64,000 bases of DNA. Source: Clostridia bacterium (GTDB lineage: Bacteria; Bacillota; Clostridia; Christensenellales; DTU072). Where the stretch lies: assembly GCA_035409945.1 (NCBI GenBank), contig DAONQC010000002.1, forward strand, positions 128,403-192,402, written 5' to 3'. Positions 18,527 through 28,255 of this stretch are shown here, piece by piece (position 1 is the stretch's first letter; each line of letters starts with the position of its first letter). The position numbers and the translations under genes are program-made. The notes below the pieces were generated by a model, which saw only the letters and a program-made list of their open reading frames with translations, had not been told where the DNA came from and did not search any database.

Positions 18527-19210
18527 ACCTAATGATTTTATTAACTTTCAAATGTCACATACACGACTTGCTTTTCACAACTGCACATGTAATGAACAAA
18601 TTGTCGCTACCTAACTTAATACAACTAATGCTACTCTAATAGCCTCAACTGAAATGCCTGTTTACACAACCATCTAATGGTCATCGTTTGAATTAAGTAC
18701 ATCTAGCTCAAGCGAGATAGATGGAGCTCAATTACCCTACAAGTTTTCAGTTGAGTACCAATTTACACAACTTATATTAGGGGCAACCTTGCAATAAACG
18801 AAATACCCTACCATCCACTATATAGACAAATGGTATGCATTAGCTTAGAAAGCTTTGGTTATATAAAGTTCATAAATGATGACTGGGAAAACTCACAAAG
18901 AAATATACACAAAGCAAGATATGTTGGTAACTCTAATCATTAAACTTTATACTTACAATTTTCGTAAAATATAACAAGTTTGCATATTGCTGTGTTAAGT
19001 GCTTATAATTTATTATATAAATTAATTTAAGTCAACCAAAAAGCTGATAAATTTATAAATATTTATATTTTAACCAAAAATTAACCTGGAAAACATAATT
19101 TTGTCGAGTTATTTGACGGTTTTTTGTATCTTTATATTTTCGCATTGATAAAATTATTTGAATTCATAAATCGCCTTTTAATGCGACCGTTTTTCACAAC
19201 ATTTTGTACT

Positions 19211-19240
19211 TTATGCATAAAATCATAAATTTATGCATAA
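19211..19240. promoter_or_regulatory. Two perfect copies of the 10-bp palindrome TTATGCATAA spaced 20 bp apart (candidate operator pair)
   Basis: TTATGCATAA at 19211-19220 and 19231-19240. A 9/10 copy, TAATGCATAA, lies at 19336-19345. All sit inside the 1.3-kb non-coding gap. Confidence 0.3.
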
Positions 19241-19805
19241 TCTTAAAAACATGCTATCTTCTACCGATAAAATTTAAAAATATCGCATTCTAACGCAAGC
19301 GATTTGATTTTTTGCTGTCTTTTTAACAGTCCTAATAATGCATAAATCACCCTTATTACCAACTCAAAACCATTCTTGTTTGTATGATTTTTTAAAGCTT
19401 TGTGATTTTCTAAAACCGCAATCTATAACGACAAAATGCTTATTTGCTATTACACCAACTTTTTGCCCAATCCTGAACTATACATGTGCATTCTCTTTTG
19501 TATCTACTTAACATCACCACAAGGTTGTCGTCAGCTCGCATCGTGAGATATTATAGTTTTTCTTTCGTCATACGCTTGGTGGCTCAACACTTCCCAGCTC
19601 ATTTGCCCTGCTTCTTGCACGATTAGTCATCCTTCCTTATATGCTTAGCTCGCCTCTGGTTAGGTCCGCCTGCATCGCATCACGCTATTATACCTCCTTC
19701 GTTATATGCTTTACATCACCTTAAACAATGATAATCAATACTCGCATTCTGGTTAGATTTTATATTTCATTTGCATTTTTCTACCGATATGATAATATCA
19801 ATACA

Positions 19806-20702
19806 ATGAAAGATAAGAAAAAATGTTTAATTTGGATAAATAGACTAGCAGGTAGCTATAACAAACTCAGTGAGAAAAAAATCATTGCTGTTTTTGGTGA
19901 AAACTACGAGGTATCAATACGATACATACAAAATCCTGGCGAAAAACTTGGCAACATACAAGGATTTGATCGAGTTGTTGCTTGTGGTGGAGATGGCACC
20001 CTTTATACATTACTTAATACCCCAAACCCTAACAATTCTCAATTAATCTTTTGCCCCTTTGGCACAATGAACGAAAAATTTAAAAGCGCTAAATCTAGTG
20101 TTTTTCATTTCGATAAACTAAGTGATATCAATGGCAAGGTTTTTTCATATGTGTGTGCTACAGGCTCTTTTACCCCACTAGGATATACTGTGCAAAGCAG
20201 AATAAAGAAAAAGTTTAAAGTTCTCGCTTACCTTTTTAAGGTCATAAAAGAATATAAAGTTGCTAACATTAAAGCGACTGTTAGAATTGACGATATCGAG
20301 TATCAAGATAAATATTCACTCATTATGGTTATAGACTCACCTAGATGTTTTGGCTTTAGGTTTAATAGAATGTTTAAGCCTAATGATGATGACATGCATA
20401 TACTTCTTATCAGATCCCCTGGCCCAGATAATTTTGCAAATCGCGTTAAAATGTTCTTCCCCTTCTTTAGAGCATTCTTTATAGGATTTGGTAAAGAATA
20501 CGAAAGTGATAACATACTTTTTAAACCCTTTAATCATGCTTCATTAACTTTCGAAGAAGACATGGTTTTTTGTAGCGACGGAGAAAAAGTAGTTTTCCCT
20601 AGTGGTACTTTAAATGTAAAGCGCATCCCTATGGACCCTGGTGTAACTATTTATTCCCGTAATACCATATCTAAGTTGCATAGAATAAAAGCAACTCTTT
20701 AA
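19806..20702 (+). CDS. Diacylglycerol-kinase-catalytic-domain (YegS/LCB5-like) lipid kinase family protein
   Basis: The GGDGT motif (VVACGGDGTLYTLL) follows the N-terminal KKCLIWINRLAGS glycine-loop region. The track start 19728 adds 26 hydrophobic or odd residues, so ATG 19806 (MKDKKKCLIW) fits the family N-terminus better. No clear SD precedes either start. Confidence 0.55.
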   Translation: MKDKKKCLIWINRLAGSYNKLSEKKIIAVFGENYEVSIRYIQNPGEKLGNIQGFDRVVACGGDGTLYTLLNTPNPNNSQLIFCPFGTMNEKFKSAKSSVFHFDKLSDINGKVFSYVCATGSFTPLGYTVQSRIKKKFKVLAYLFKVIKEYKVANIKATVRIDDIEYQDKYSLIMVIDSPRCFGFRFNRMFKPNDDDMHILLIRSPGPDNFANRVKMFFPFFRAFFIGFGKEYESDNILFKPFNHASLTFEEDMVFCSDGEKVVFPSGTLNVKRIPMDPGVTIYSRNTISKLHRIKATL

Positions 20703-20853
20703 TTTTTCACATTCGAAATACTAATCTTTAAATCTTTGGTCTAAAATATAGCCTTACTGTAGAGTATAATTGTTTAATCTGTTAGGTTTAAATTATAGAA
20801 AAAAAACTATGCTTTAGCGCTTTATGGTTTTTTGGAATAGTCTTAAGTAGTAA

Positions 20854-22734
20854 TTAATATCGTCTTGAAATTCTGGTTGATTTTTTATAGTTTCCAAGCA
20901 TTAATCGATAGTCTCTACTAACAAAATGATATGTTAAAATGATTTTTATGGATCTTTTGATTAATCCATAAGCTGTCCTTATATACTCGCGTTTACTTAA
21001 ATTGGTTACAAAGCCTTCTTTCAGTATGGGATTATACTGCACTACTTTGTTTGCTTTATAAAACAATCTACTGTTTAGCTTGGTAGAATCAAGTAGTCTA
21101 AAACCCTTCCTTTCATGTTTCGGGAACAGAAAATGAGGAATGAGATAATGGCTATACATATGCCCTTTATAAAACCTAGGAATTTTTACATCATCTTCTT
21201 CAAAAAACATCTCTTCTGAAATGTCATACCCAAGGTTAATTAGTTCTTCTTTGGAGTAAATGGGTTGTTTTTCTTTCATTAATTCTTCTTGTAGCTCATC
21301 TGCCCTGATACGTAAGAAATAATTGGGACCTTTTAGAAAATCATCGTACCCCTTAAATGTAATCTTTTTCTCTTGATACCTTTGATAGATGAGAAGTTCA
21401 CTAATTGCAAGCCACATGTCTTTTAGCATTCTTCTTATCCCTTTTTTAGGAAAGTATATAGCTTCTAATATGTTGTTATTTCTCTTAAGATAGTATGTTG
21501 TTGGTCCGATTGGCTTTTCTAAGTCTTCCTCGTGCCATACCCCTATCCCTGTCGTAAGCAATATTTCGTTTCCGACCCTAAGCGAATATTCAGCATCGTA
21601 TGTTTTCATATAGAAAGGAAGTGGAAGTCCCATTTTTTCTACAACTTTTACTGACATACAACAACACCGCCAAGTCACATAGTTAGTAGGCTCCTTACAC
21701 TCACTTCTAACAACATCACTAAGTCTTCTTAAGTCAAGATTTTGTTTATTAACTTTTAAGCCATCCTTGCTCCAAAAGCCACCTAATTCTACTAGTTCAT
21801 AAGGCTTATGTAAGTTTAAAATCCCGCCTCCGATTGTTAAGGTATCAGGTTTTTTGGCATATTCAGTCCAAAATAGTATTTTATTTAATATTTCAGTTTC
21901 AAAGTAGACATCGTCATCAAATAAAACAAAATGACTATATTCCTTGCGCTCGCACACCTCTTTTATTCCTTTATAAAAACCTCCAGCTTCCCCTGTTTTT
22001 TCATTATTAAATACCGTTGTATTGGTGAGATCTTTATCTGAGATGTTGTCGCCATTATCTATAACTAAAATACCAACTTTTTCGGCAAGAGATTTATCTA
22101 AGGCTCTTTTAATGTTGATCCTTTTGATATTATCTTTCATAAACTCAATTCTTTTACGAAGACTAAAAACAACGCCAAGTTTGGACTCTCTCTTTGGTGG
22201 GATACTTGTCATATATTCTCCACCATATAAAGTAGTACCAGACCTTCCATCAACCTCAGCAAAAATAACCCCTTCTCCACTTAACCTGCTTATATCAACG
22301 GTTAGTTCTACTTCAGTGGCTTTTGGACAAGAAAACTTCTTCTCATCTAGAAGTAAATAGGTATAATTTGAGCATTGTATACAAGGATTTTTTTTGAGTT
22401 TTTTTTCTAATTTTGCACTAAACGGCTTTTTCTTTGTGCAACACGTAGTAACACCTGCGTAACATAGTTCATTTATATCACTCTTGGCACACATTATTCG
22501 TATTGTAGCCTCTCCTAAAACAGTAATTTTGAATGTTAAATCCTGAACATCGGTATATTTAAGTAAATCACCATATGAAATACTATTAAAGTATGTACCA
22601 AATGAAAGTTCTGATATTTTTTGAAATTTAATAGAAGCATCGTCATGTCTAAAACCTTCCCCTCTAAAATACAGGGAAGTTTCTTTACATATTTTTTCTG
22701 ATTTAGGATATATTATTTTTGAAATTCTATACAT
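20854..22734 (-). CDS. Large GT-A glycosyltransferase, GlfT2-like (candidate galactofuranosyltransferase)
   Basis: 626 aa. An N-terminal beta-rich domain, a central GT2-like core (VGILVIDNGDNIS ... HFVLFDDDVYFE, a DxD-type motif) and a helical C-terminus. It lies directly downstream of glf on the same strand. Confidence 0.5.
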   Translation of the reverse strand: MYRISKIIYPKSEKICKETSLYFRGEGFRHDDASIKFQKISELSFGTYFNSISYGDLLKYTDVQDLTFKITVLGEATIRIMCAKSDINELCYAGVTTCCTKKKPFSAKLEKKLKKNPCIQCSNYTYLLLDEKKFSCPKATEVELTVDISRLSGEGVIFAEVDGRSGTTLYGGEYMTSIPPKRESKLGVVFSLRKRIEFMKDNIKRINIKRALDKSLAEKVGILVIDNGDNISDKDLTNTTVFNNEKTGEAGGFYKGIKEVCERKEYSHFVLFDDDVYFETEILNKILFWTEYAKKPDTLTIGGGILNLHKPYELVELGGFWSKDGLKVNKQNLDLRRLSDVVRSECKEPTNYVTWRCCCMSVKVVEKMGLPLPFYMKTYDAEYSLRVGNEILLTTGIGVWHEEDLEKPIGPTTYYLKRNNNILEAIYFPKKGIRRMLKDMWLAISELLIYQRYQEKKITFKGYDDFLKGPNYFLRIRADELQEELMKEKQPIYSKEELINLGYDISEEMFFEEDDVKIPRFYKGHMYSHYLIPHFLFPKHERKGFRLLDSTKLNSRLFYKANKVVQYNPILKEGFVTNLSKREYIRTAYGLIKRSIKIILTYHFVSRDYRLMLGNYKKSTRISRRY

Positions 22735-22770
22735 TCTGTTCTACTCTTCTAGCTGAACTTATTGTTTTAA

Positions 22771-23027
22771 ATAAAGTGTATTTTATCCTACTCTAAATCT
22801 ATTTCTGTATTTGTAATAGGAACTTCGCACCTATATAAAGTATGTTTTTCTCCTAGCAACGCCTATACTCTATTGCTTGCGAAATGAACCTTCTACCTTA
22901 GTAAAGTATGTCTTCTCTTATCGAAATCCATAACTCTATCTACGACATAAACTTTATATCTTAAATTAAGTATATTTTCCTATGTCTAACTAATCAATTA
23001 CTTTTTTACTTAGACTGATTGCAGCTT
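22771..23027. repeat. Four degenerate ~64-bp tandem units filling the glf-GT intergenic region
   Basis: Units start at 22771, 22835, 22900 and 22964 (ATAAAGT(G/A)T(A/G)TTTT.TCCTA...). The last unit contains the glf stop codon (22990). Confidence 0.7.
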
Positions 23028-24102
23028 CTATCACCTTATCCATGTCCAAATACTTGTATAGCCCTAGTCTTCCACCAAATATAACATTTGGAGTATCTTT
23101 AACTAGTTTTTCGTATTTTGCTAGCAACTCATTGTTTTTCTCGTTATTTATGGGATAATACGGCTCAATTCCCAGCTTCCATTCACAGGGATATTCGTAA
23201 CTTATATACGTTTTTTCTTGAGTGCCAAACTCAAAATGCTTATGCTCAATTATTCTGGTGTAAGCTACATCTTTAGATGTGTAATTGACTACAGCATTCC
23301 CTTGGAAATTAGGAATGTCGAGGAGCTTATTTTCAAACCTTACCGACCTATACTCAAGCGCACCAAATTTATATTCAAAAAAGGCATCTATAGGACCTGT
23401 AAATAGTATTTTATCAGCAATACCCTCATGCCCTTTAATAAAGTCAAAGTAATCGGTATTTAGTAACACATCTGAATTTTTAAGCATTTTTTCAATGATT
23501 TTGGTATATCCACCAACTGGGATGCCTTGGTATCTATCATTAAAGTAGTTATTATTGTAAGTGAACCGTAAAGGTAATCTCCGAATTATAAATGCTGGCA
23601 GGTCTTTACAGTCTCTTCCCCACTGTTTTTCGGTATATTCTTTAATTAGTTTTTCATAAATATCAGTGCCTACTAGTTTTAATGCTTGTTCTTCAAGATT
23701 TTTAGGTTCACCTATATTTAACTCTCTTTTCTGAGCTTCAATAATGTTAGTTGCTTCTTCAGGGGTTTTAACATTCCACATTTTACTGAAAGTATTCATG
23801 TTAAATGGGAGATTGTATATCTCATCTTTATATACCGCCATTGGACTGTTAACGAAGTTGTTAAAATCGGCAAACTGGTTTATATACTCCCAAACTTCTT
23901 TGTTACTAGTGTGGAATATATGAGCACCATACTTATGCACGTTAATGCCTTCTATGTTTTCGGTGTATACATTACCACCTATATGCGATCTTTTTTCAAT
24001 GACTAGGCATTTTTTACCACTTAAGCTTTTTTCATATGCAAACGTAGCACCAAAAAGCCCGCTACCAACAATTAAATAGTCATAGTATTTTTTATTTGCC
24101 AT
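22990..24102 (-). CDS. glf: UDP-galactopyranose mutase
   Basis: 370 aa. YDYLIVGSGLFGATFA (FAD fold)...GGNVYTE...GINVHKYGAHIFHT...NLPFNMNTF...YTEKQWG...RYQGIP is collinear with Glf. Confidence 0.9.
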   Translation of the reverse strand: MANKKYYDYLIVGSGLFGATFAYEKSLSGKKCLVIEKRSHIGGNVYTENIEGINVHKYGAHIFHTSNKEVWEYINQFADFNNFVNSPMAVYKDEIYNLPFNMNTFSKMWNVKTPEEATNIIEAQKRELNIGEPKNLEEQALKLVGTDIYEKLIKEYTEKQWGRDCKDLPAFIIRRLPLRFTYNNNYFNDRYQGIPVGGYTKIIEKMLKNSDVLLNTDYFDFIKGHEGIADKILFTGPIDAFFEYKFGALEYRSVRFENKLLDIPNFQGNAVVNYTSKDVAYTRIIEHKHFEFGTQEKTYISYEYPCEWKLGIEPYYPINNEKNNELLAKYEKLVKDTPNVIFGGRLGLYKYLDMDKVIEAAISLSKKVID

Positions 24103-24364
24103 GCTTCCCTTCTTAAAACTTAATCATCATTATTTATAAAGTAAGATATGCAGCATTTTTAAGCAATGAAACACATAATAATGCTTAAAATAATGTAGTT
24201 ACATATCACCATAAGAATACCAAAAATAGCGATATATAGCAATAAAGAGGAATTGGTTTCAAAATGAAGAACATATGTAATTTCGATTAACTAACGTGAA
24301 TTGAAAAGATTTTTAAATCAAATATTTAATACATATGTGAGGCGGCTCTTTTCGGTGCTTTAGT

Positions 24365-24393
24365 TTGACACTCATTACAATGCGTGATATTAT
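24365..24393 (+). promoter_or_regulatory. Promoter of the ABC exporter operon
   Basis: TTGACA-N17-TATTAT with an extended -10 TG (TGATATTAT), ~40 nt upstream of ATG 24431. Confidence 0.6.
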
Positions 24394-24430
24394 CAATTAA
24401 AGTTAATAACCTATCTATTACAAGGTATAC

Positions 24431-25252
24431 ATGAAGATTTTTCAGTCTAATAAATTTAATTTTGATGCAGATACATTTAAAAAATCAACCTATGTTCTAG
24501 GCTCTCTTGTTAAAAAAAATATTAGAGCACAGTATCGTAATTCATCTCTAGGTGTACTATGGACGGTTTTGAATCCTCTTTTAAACATGCTTGTTATGGC
24601 AATGGTTTTTGGAGAACTGTTTGGTAGACGCTTACCCGCAGGCATTGACTATCCAGTATATGTTTTAGCAGGTAATACAGTTTTCGGCCTATTTAGAATG
24701 ACCACATCGACAGGACTTGAGTGTATGGTAAATAACTATAGTTTAATAACTAAAACACGCATCCCATACTATGTATTTCCTACATCAAATTTACTCTCAG
24801 CTACAGTAAATTTTGGATTTTCCTTCCTTGCTTTAATCATAGTTATGCTTATTAGAATCCCAAATGGAGTAACTTTTCATTGGACAATACTTATGACACT
24901 TGTTCCATTTTTACCCTCGCTTATGATGTTTGCTTTAGGTCTTGCTTTAATTCTAGCAACACTTTATGTAAGATTTAGAGATATTAAGCATTTATATAGC
25001 GTAATACTAACACTTTGGATGTATTTAACACCTTTATTTTATGTCCCTTCTATGCTAGGACAAACAGCACAAACAATTTTGAAATACAACCCAATGTTTC
25101 ATTATGTTGGTTACTTTAGACAAATTATACAAGCAGGCACAGTTCCTGATTGGAAATCACATCTCATTTGTTACGGATGTGGAATTGTAATGCTAACGAT
25201 TGGAATTTTAGTTTTTCACAGGAACAAAAAAACTTTCATTTTGTATTTATAG
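24431..25252 (+). CDS. ABC-2 type polysaccharide / teichoic-acid exporter permease (Wzm/TagG-like)
   Basis: 273 aa with six predicted TM segments. N-terminal KKNIRAQYRNSSLGVLWTVLNPLL is typical of the ABC-2 glycan exporter family. Confidence 0.75.
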   Translation: MKIFQSNKFNFDADTFKKSTYVLGSLVKKNIRAQYRNSSLGVLWTVLNPLLNMLVMAMVFGELFGRRLPAGIDYPVYVLAGNTVFGLFRMTTSTGLECMVNNYSLITKTRIPYYVFPTSNLLSATVNFGFSFLALIIVMLIRIPNGVTFHWTILMTLVPFLPSLMMFALGLALILATLYVRFRDIKHLYSVILTLWMYLTPLFYVPSMLGQTAQTILKYNPMFHYVGYFRQIIQAGTVPDWKSHLICYGCGIVMLTIGILVFHRNKKTFILYL

Positions 25253-25259
25253 GAGACGC

Positions 25260-26102
25260 ATGGATAACGATACTAGTAACATTCAAACAAATGAAGTTCA
25301 AGAGGCTGTGGTAGACCCCAGCACCGATTATGTTGCTAACATGAAAACCATGGAAGAAGATGAAGATATCTTGATAGATGTCCGCGATGTCTCTATGCGT
25401 TTTAGACTCCCTGCTGAAAAAATTGATAGTTTAAAAGAGTATTTTATTAAACTAGTTAAAGGTAAAATTAAACATAAAGATTTCTGGGTATTAAATGACA
25501 TAAATCTACAGGTTAGAAAGGGAGAGTCTCTTGCTATTATAGGAAGAAATGGTGCTGGAAAAAGCACCCTACTTCGACTAATTGCTGGCATTATGCAGCC
25601 TACCACTGGAACAATTCGCACTAAAGGAGTTATGGCGCCACTACTAAACCTTGGCGCTGGGTTTGATACCAATGCAACTGGTAGAGAAAATATATTTTTA
25701 AATGGCGCAATACTAGGTTTTAGCAAAAAAGAAATGGAACAGAAATATGATGGTATTGTAGAGTTTTCTGAACTAGAAAAATTCATGGATGTTCCTATTA
25801 AAAACTACTCATCAGGTATGCTTGCAAGACTTGGTTTTTCCATTGCAGTGGATGTATCCCCAGATATTTTAATTGTTGACGAGATATTGTCAGTTGGAGA
25901 TGCCCCTTTTAGAAAAAAATGCAACATTCGTATTAAAGAATTACAAGAAAAAGGTGCTACTTTTATTGTTGTATCACATAGTATGCAAACTGTCTGTCAA
26001 CTTTGTAACCGCGCAGTTTGGATAGGCGATGGCACCATTGTTCAATATGGAGATGTCGATACCGTTACAGCAGCTTACACGGAATGGTGTAACACTAAAT
26101 AA
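25260..26102 (+). CDS. ABC exporter ATP-binding protein (Wzt/TagH-like)
   Basis: Walker A GRNGAGKST, signature YSSGMLARL, Walker B ILIVDE and H-loop VSHS. It is coupled 7 nt after the permease gene. Confidence 0.85.
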   Translation: MDNDTSNIQTNEVQEAVVDPSTDYVANMKTMEEDEDILIDVRDVSMRFRLPAEKIDSLKEYFIKLVKGKIKHKDFWVLNDINLQVRKGESLAIIGRNGAGKSTLLRLIAGIMQPTTGTIRTKGVMAPLLNLGAGFDTNATGRENIFLNGAILGFSKKEMEQKYDGIVEFSELEKFMDVPIKNYSSGMLARLGFSIAVDVSPDILIVDEILSVGDAPFRKKCNIRIKELQEKGATFIVVSHSMQTVCQLCNRAVWIGDGTIVQYGDVDTVTAAYTEWCNTK

Positions 26103-26130
26103 TCACTTTGCAATCCAACCTATCAATAAC

Positions 26131-26166
26131 AAAAATAGATGCTCTATAGACAAAGCATCTGTTTTG
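26131..26166. terminator. Bidirectional rho-independent terminator between convergent genes
   Basis: AAAAAT-AGATGCT-(10 nt)-AGCATCT-GTTTTG. The A-run on one side and the T-run on the other serve both strands. Confidence 0.6.
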
Positions 26167-26184
26167 ATTTCTAGTTAAATACAC

Positions 26185-27057
26185 CTACTTTTTCAGTTTG
26201 ATAAACATCTTATCGCTTAAAAGATTTTTAAAGAAAATTCTCCGTTTTGTGCCAGGTGGCAGGAAAAAGTAACCTAGTTTATATATCAGCTTGTTTTTAC
26301 TAAACTCAAGTATATCTACTCTTTGTAAATATGCATATTTTAAATCGGTAGTTCTTTTCAAATGTAGAAAATAGATAGCAAAGATTCTTTCTGCTAAAAA
26401 GCCTTGCGTTCTTGGTAATATCTCATCTCCATATGTGTTGTCATACTCTTTCAAGATATCAAATAAAAAGGTAAAATAGCCATCTGCAAACTCTTTGGAC
26501 ATAATGTACATATTTTTACTAATGAGAAAAGTATTTTCATCTAAGTAATATTTAATATCCTCTTCCATCTCAGGATGCTTTTTTACTATTATTGCCATTA
26601 TGTGCTCTAGGGCATCTTTATTTATGTGTTCGGGAGACATTAAGTAGTGTTCTCTAATAGTTATATGCATGTTTTCTGGGTAAGGAATTAACACATCTTT
26701 TCCCTCAACTACCTTCTCCAAATCATCTAACTTAAACTTGGATACTAATTTATCATCGATTTTATTATAGTACGTATGAGGTCTAGAATGATCTTTTTCA
26801 ACAAATGATAAATAGCGTCTATAATGGAAAAAACCATAGTAATCGGCATCTTCATTTTTCCAAGCATAGTACTGAGCTGTTAACTCACAATAGAATTTAT
26901 TTTTATCGGAAATGTTTTCACCTACATTGTCGGGAAGAAATCCTTCAATATTGCCATTATCAAATGTACCTGCCTGTAATGGTATCAAGTACTTAGATTC
27001 AGCAACTTTAGCTTTCTTATGCCCTATAACAAATATTTTGATTCTACTTTTTTCCAT
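26185..27057 (-). CDS. DUF4422-family protein (glycan-cluster associated, putative glycosyltransferase)
   Basis: KIFVIGHKK...YLIPLQAG...PDNVGENISDKNKFYCELTAQYYAWKN..ADYYGFFHYRRY matches the DUF4422 signature as I recall it. Confidence 0.7.
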   Translation of the reverse strand: MEKSRIKIFVIGHKKAKVAESKYLIPLQAGTFDNGNIEGFLPDNVGENISDKNKFYCELTAQYYAWKNEDADYYGFFHYRRYLSFVEKDHSRPHTYYNKIDDKLVSKFKLDDLEKVVEGKDVLIPYPENMHITIREHYLMSPEHINKDALEHIMAIIVKKHPEMEEDIKYYLDENTFLISKNMYIMSKEFADGYFTFLFDILKEYDNTYGDEILPRTQGFLAERIFAIYFLHLKRTTDLKYAYLQRVDILEFSKNKLIYKLGYFFLPPGTKRRIFFKNLLSDKMFIKLKK

Positions 27058-27316
27058 AGTTATTATTTCACTTAAGATAATATACTTTCTTGAATGGGAT
27101 TAGTTACTTAGGTTTGGCAAACTTATTTTTTATATTCTATAACAAATATTTTAATTCTACTTTCTTTCATAGCTATCTTTTCACTTAAAGTAATATGTTT
27201 GTTTATAACGATATTAAGAATTTAGGTTTAGTAGCTCAAGCGTCTTTATGTCATATAACAAATGTTTTGATTCTACTTTTTCATAGTTATGCTTTCACTT
27301 GAAGTTTGGGACAGGC
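27018..27316. repeat. Three ~113-bp tandem copies of the 5' end plus leader of the DUF4422 gene
   Basis: Copy 1 contains the real ATG (27057). Copy 2 retains ATGAAAGAAAGTAGAATTAAAATATTTGTTATAGAA (pseudo-start 27170). Copy 3 has ATGAAAAAGTAG (pseudo-start 27284, immediate stop). Confidence 0.85.
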
Positions 27317-27325
27317 AAATAAATA

Positions 27326-28027
27326 TTATTCTTTAGAATCGCTTTCTTCTACTACCATATCATCTTTAGCAGTGGGGTCATCATAGTCAGAGGGATCATA
27401 GGTTTTACCTTCTTGCTCCTCTAGTTCTTTTATTTTTTCAGGCTCTACGTGCTGAACATACTTTGCTTCGCCTTTAATTACTAAAATCAGCGTTTTAAAA
27501 AACAGTTCGATATCTTTAAAAAAACTTAAATGCTCTGCATAGTACGCATCATAATAATTGCGCTCTTTGATGTTTAGATATCCACCACCTTTAATTTGAG
27601 CAAGCCCCGAAAGCCCTGGCTTTACATTTAGTTTTTTCTTCTCCCACTCTGAATACTCTTCATAATACTCAGTTCTTAACGGTCTAGGACCAATATAACT
27701 CATTTGTCCACACATAATATTAACTACTTGTATGGACTCGTCTAACTTAAACTTACGTAAAAAACGCCCTACTTTTGTGACATTTTTATTTCCGTCCGCA
27801 ATAACTGGTCGCTCTTTATCAAAAGCTACATCAGTTGTGTACATTGACCTAAATTTATATACCTGAATTACTTTTCCATTTTTCCCTGTTCTTTCTTGTT
27901 TAAATATTGCAGGTCCTTTACTATCAATTTTGATAGCTATTATTATGATTAAAAAAACTGGCAACATAAAAACTGTGCCAATAAATCCAAAAAATACATC
28001 TAAAACGGGCTTTATATGCTTATACAT
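27326..28027 (-). CDS. Polyprenyl-phosphate sugar phosphotransferase (bacterial sugar transferase family, priming enzyme)
   Basis: 233 aa. One N-terminal TM segment, then KGPAIFKQERTGKNGKVIQVYKFRSM...PGLSGLAQI, typical of the WbaP/EpsE C-terminal domain. Acidic C-terminal tail. Confidence 0.8.
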   Translation of the reverse strand: MYKHIKPVLDVFFGFIGTVFMLPVFLIIIIAIKIDSKGPAIFKQERTGKNGKVIQVYKFRSMYTTDVAFDKERPVIADGNKNVTKVGRFLRKFKLDESIQVVNIMCGQMSYIGPRPLRTEYYEEYSEWEKKKLNVKPGLSGLAQIKGGGYLNIKERNYYDAYYAEHLSFFKDIELFFKTLILVIKGEAKYVQHVEPEKIKELEEQEGKTYDPSDYDDPTAKDDMVVEESDSKE

Positions 28028-28177
28028 AATGCCATTATACCATATTTAAAAACTTTTACATTAGTTTAATACACGTTAAGCTGTGTAGATATAGCAAGAT
28101 TGACTGCATCGCTTTCCAATGATTTATACATAATGACTAATTTAATCTTGGCCTAAACTATCATCAGGTGACTAATC

Positions 28178-28206
28178 TTGATAAATACCTTATTATAATA
28201 TATACT
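28178..28206 (+). promoter_or_regulatory. Candidate promoter of the O-antigen-ligase-like gene
   Basis: TTGATA-N17-TATACT, ~50 nt upstream of ATG 28256 (SD GTGAGGTG). Confidence 0.5.
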
Positions 28207-28255
28207 AAAAGTTAATAAATAGGCTGATTTTAGCGTGTATTTAGTGAGGTGCTAA

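Noticed and set aside
19524-19556. The stretch AAGGTTGTCGTCAGCTCGCATCGTGAGATATT resembles the universally conserved 16S rRNA segment GGTTGTCGTCAGCTCGTGTCGTGAGATGTT. A later TATACCTCCTTCG resembles the 16S 3' end.
   Set aside because: Only about 30 nt match. The flanks show no further rRNA similarity and the region is part of a decayed ~127-bp tandem duplication. It is too short for an rRNA gene or a convincing pseudogene, so it is treated as chance or a tiny fragment.
19728-19805. The track start of the lipid-kinase-like ORF (MIINTRILVRFYISFAFFYRYDNINT...).
   Set aside because: The extension has no family counterpart and lies in the duplicated non-coding sequence. ATG 19806 gives the expected N-terminus. 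Neither start has a good SD, so this remains uncertain.
25328-25786. A 152-aa minus-strand ORF inside the ABC ATPase gene. Many similar 60-110-aa antisense ORFs lie inside the giant ORF, tuf, fusA, rpoB, rpoC, recD2, metK and others.
   Set aside because: All lie opposite ORFs with unmistakable family motifs. They are typical antisense open frames with no independent signals.
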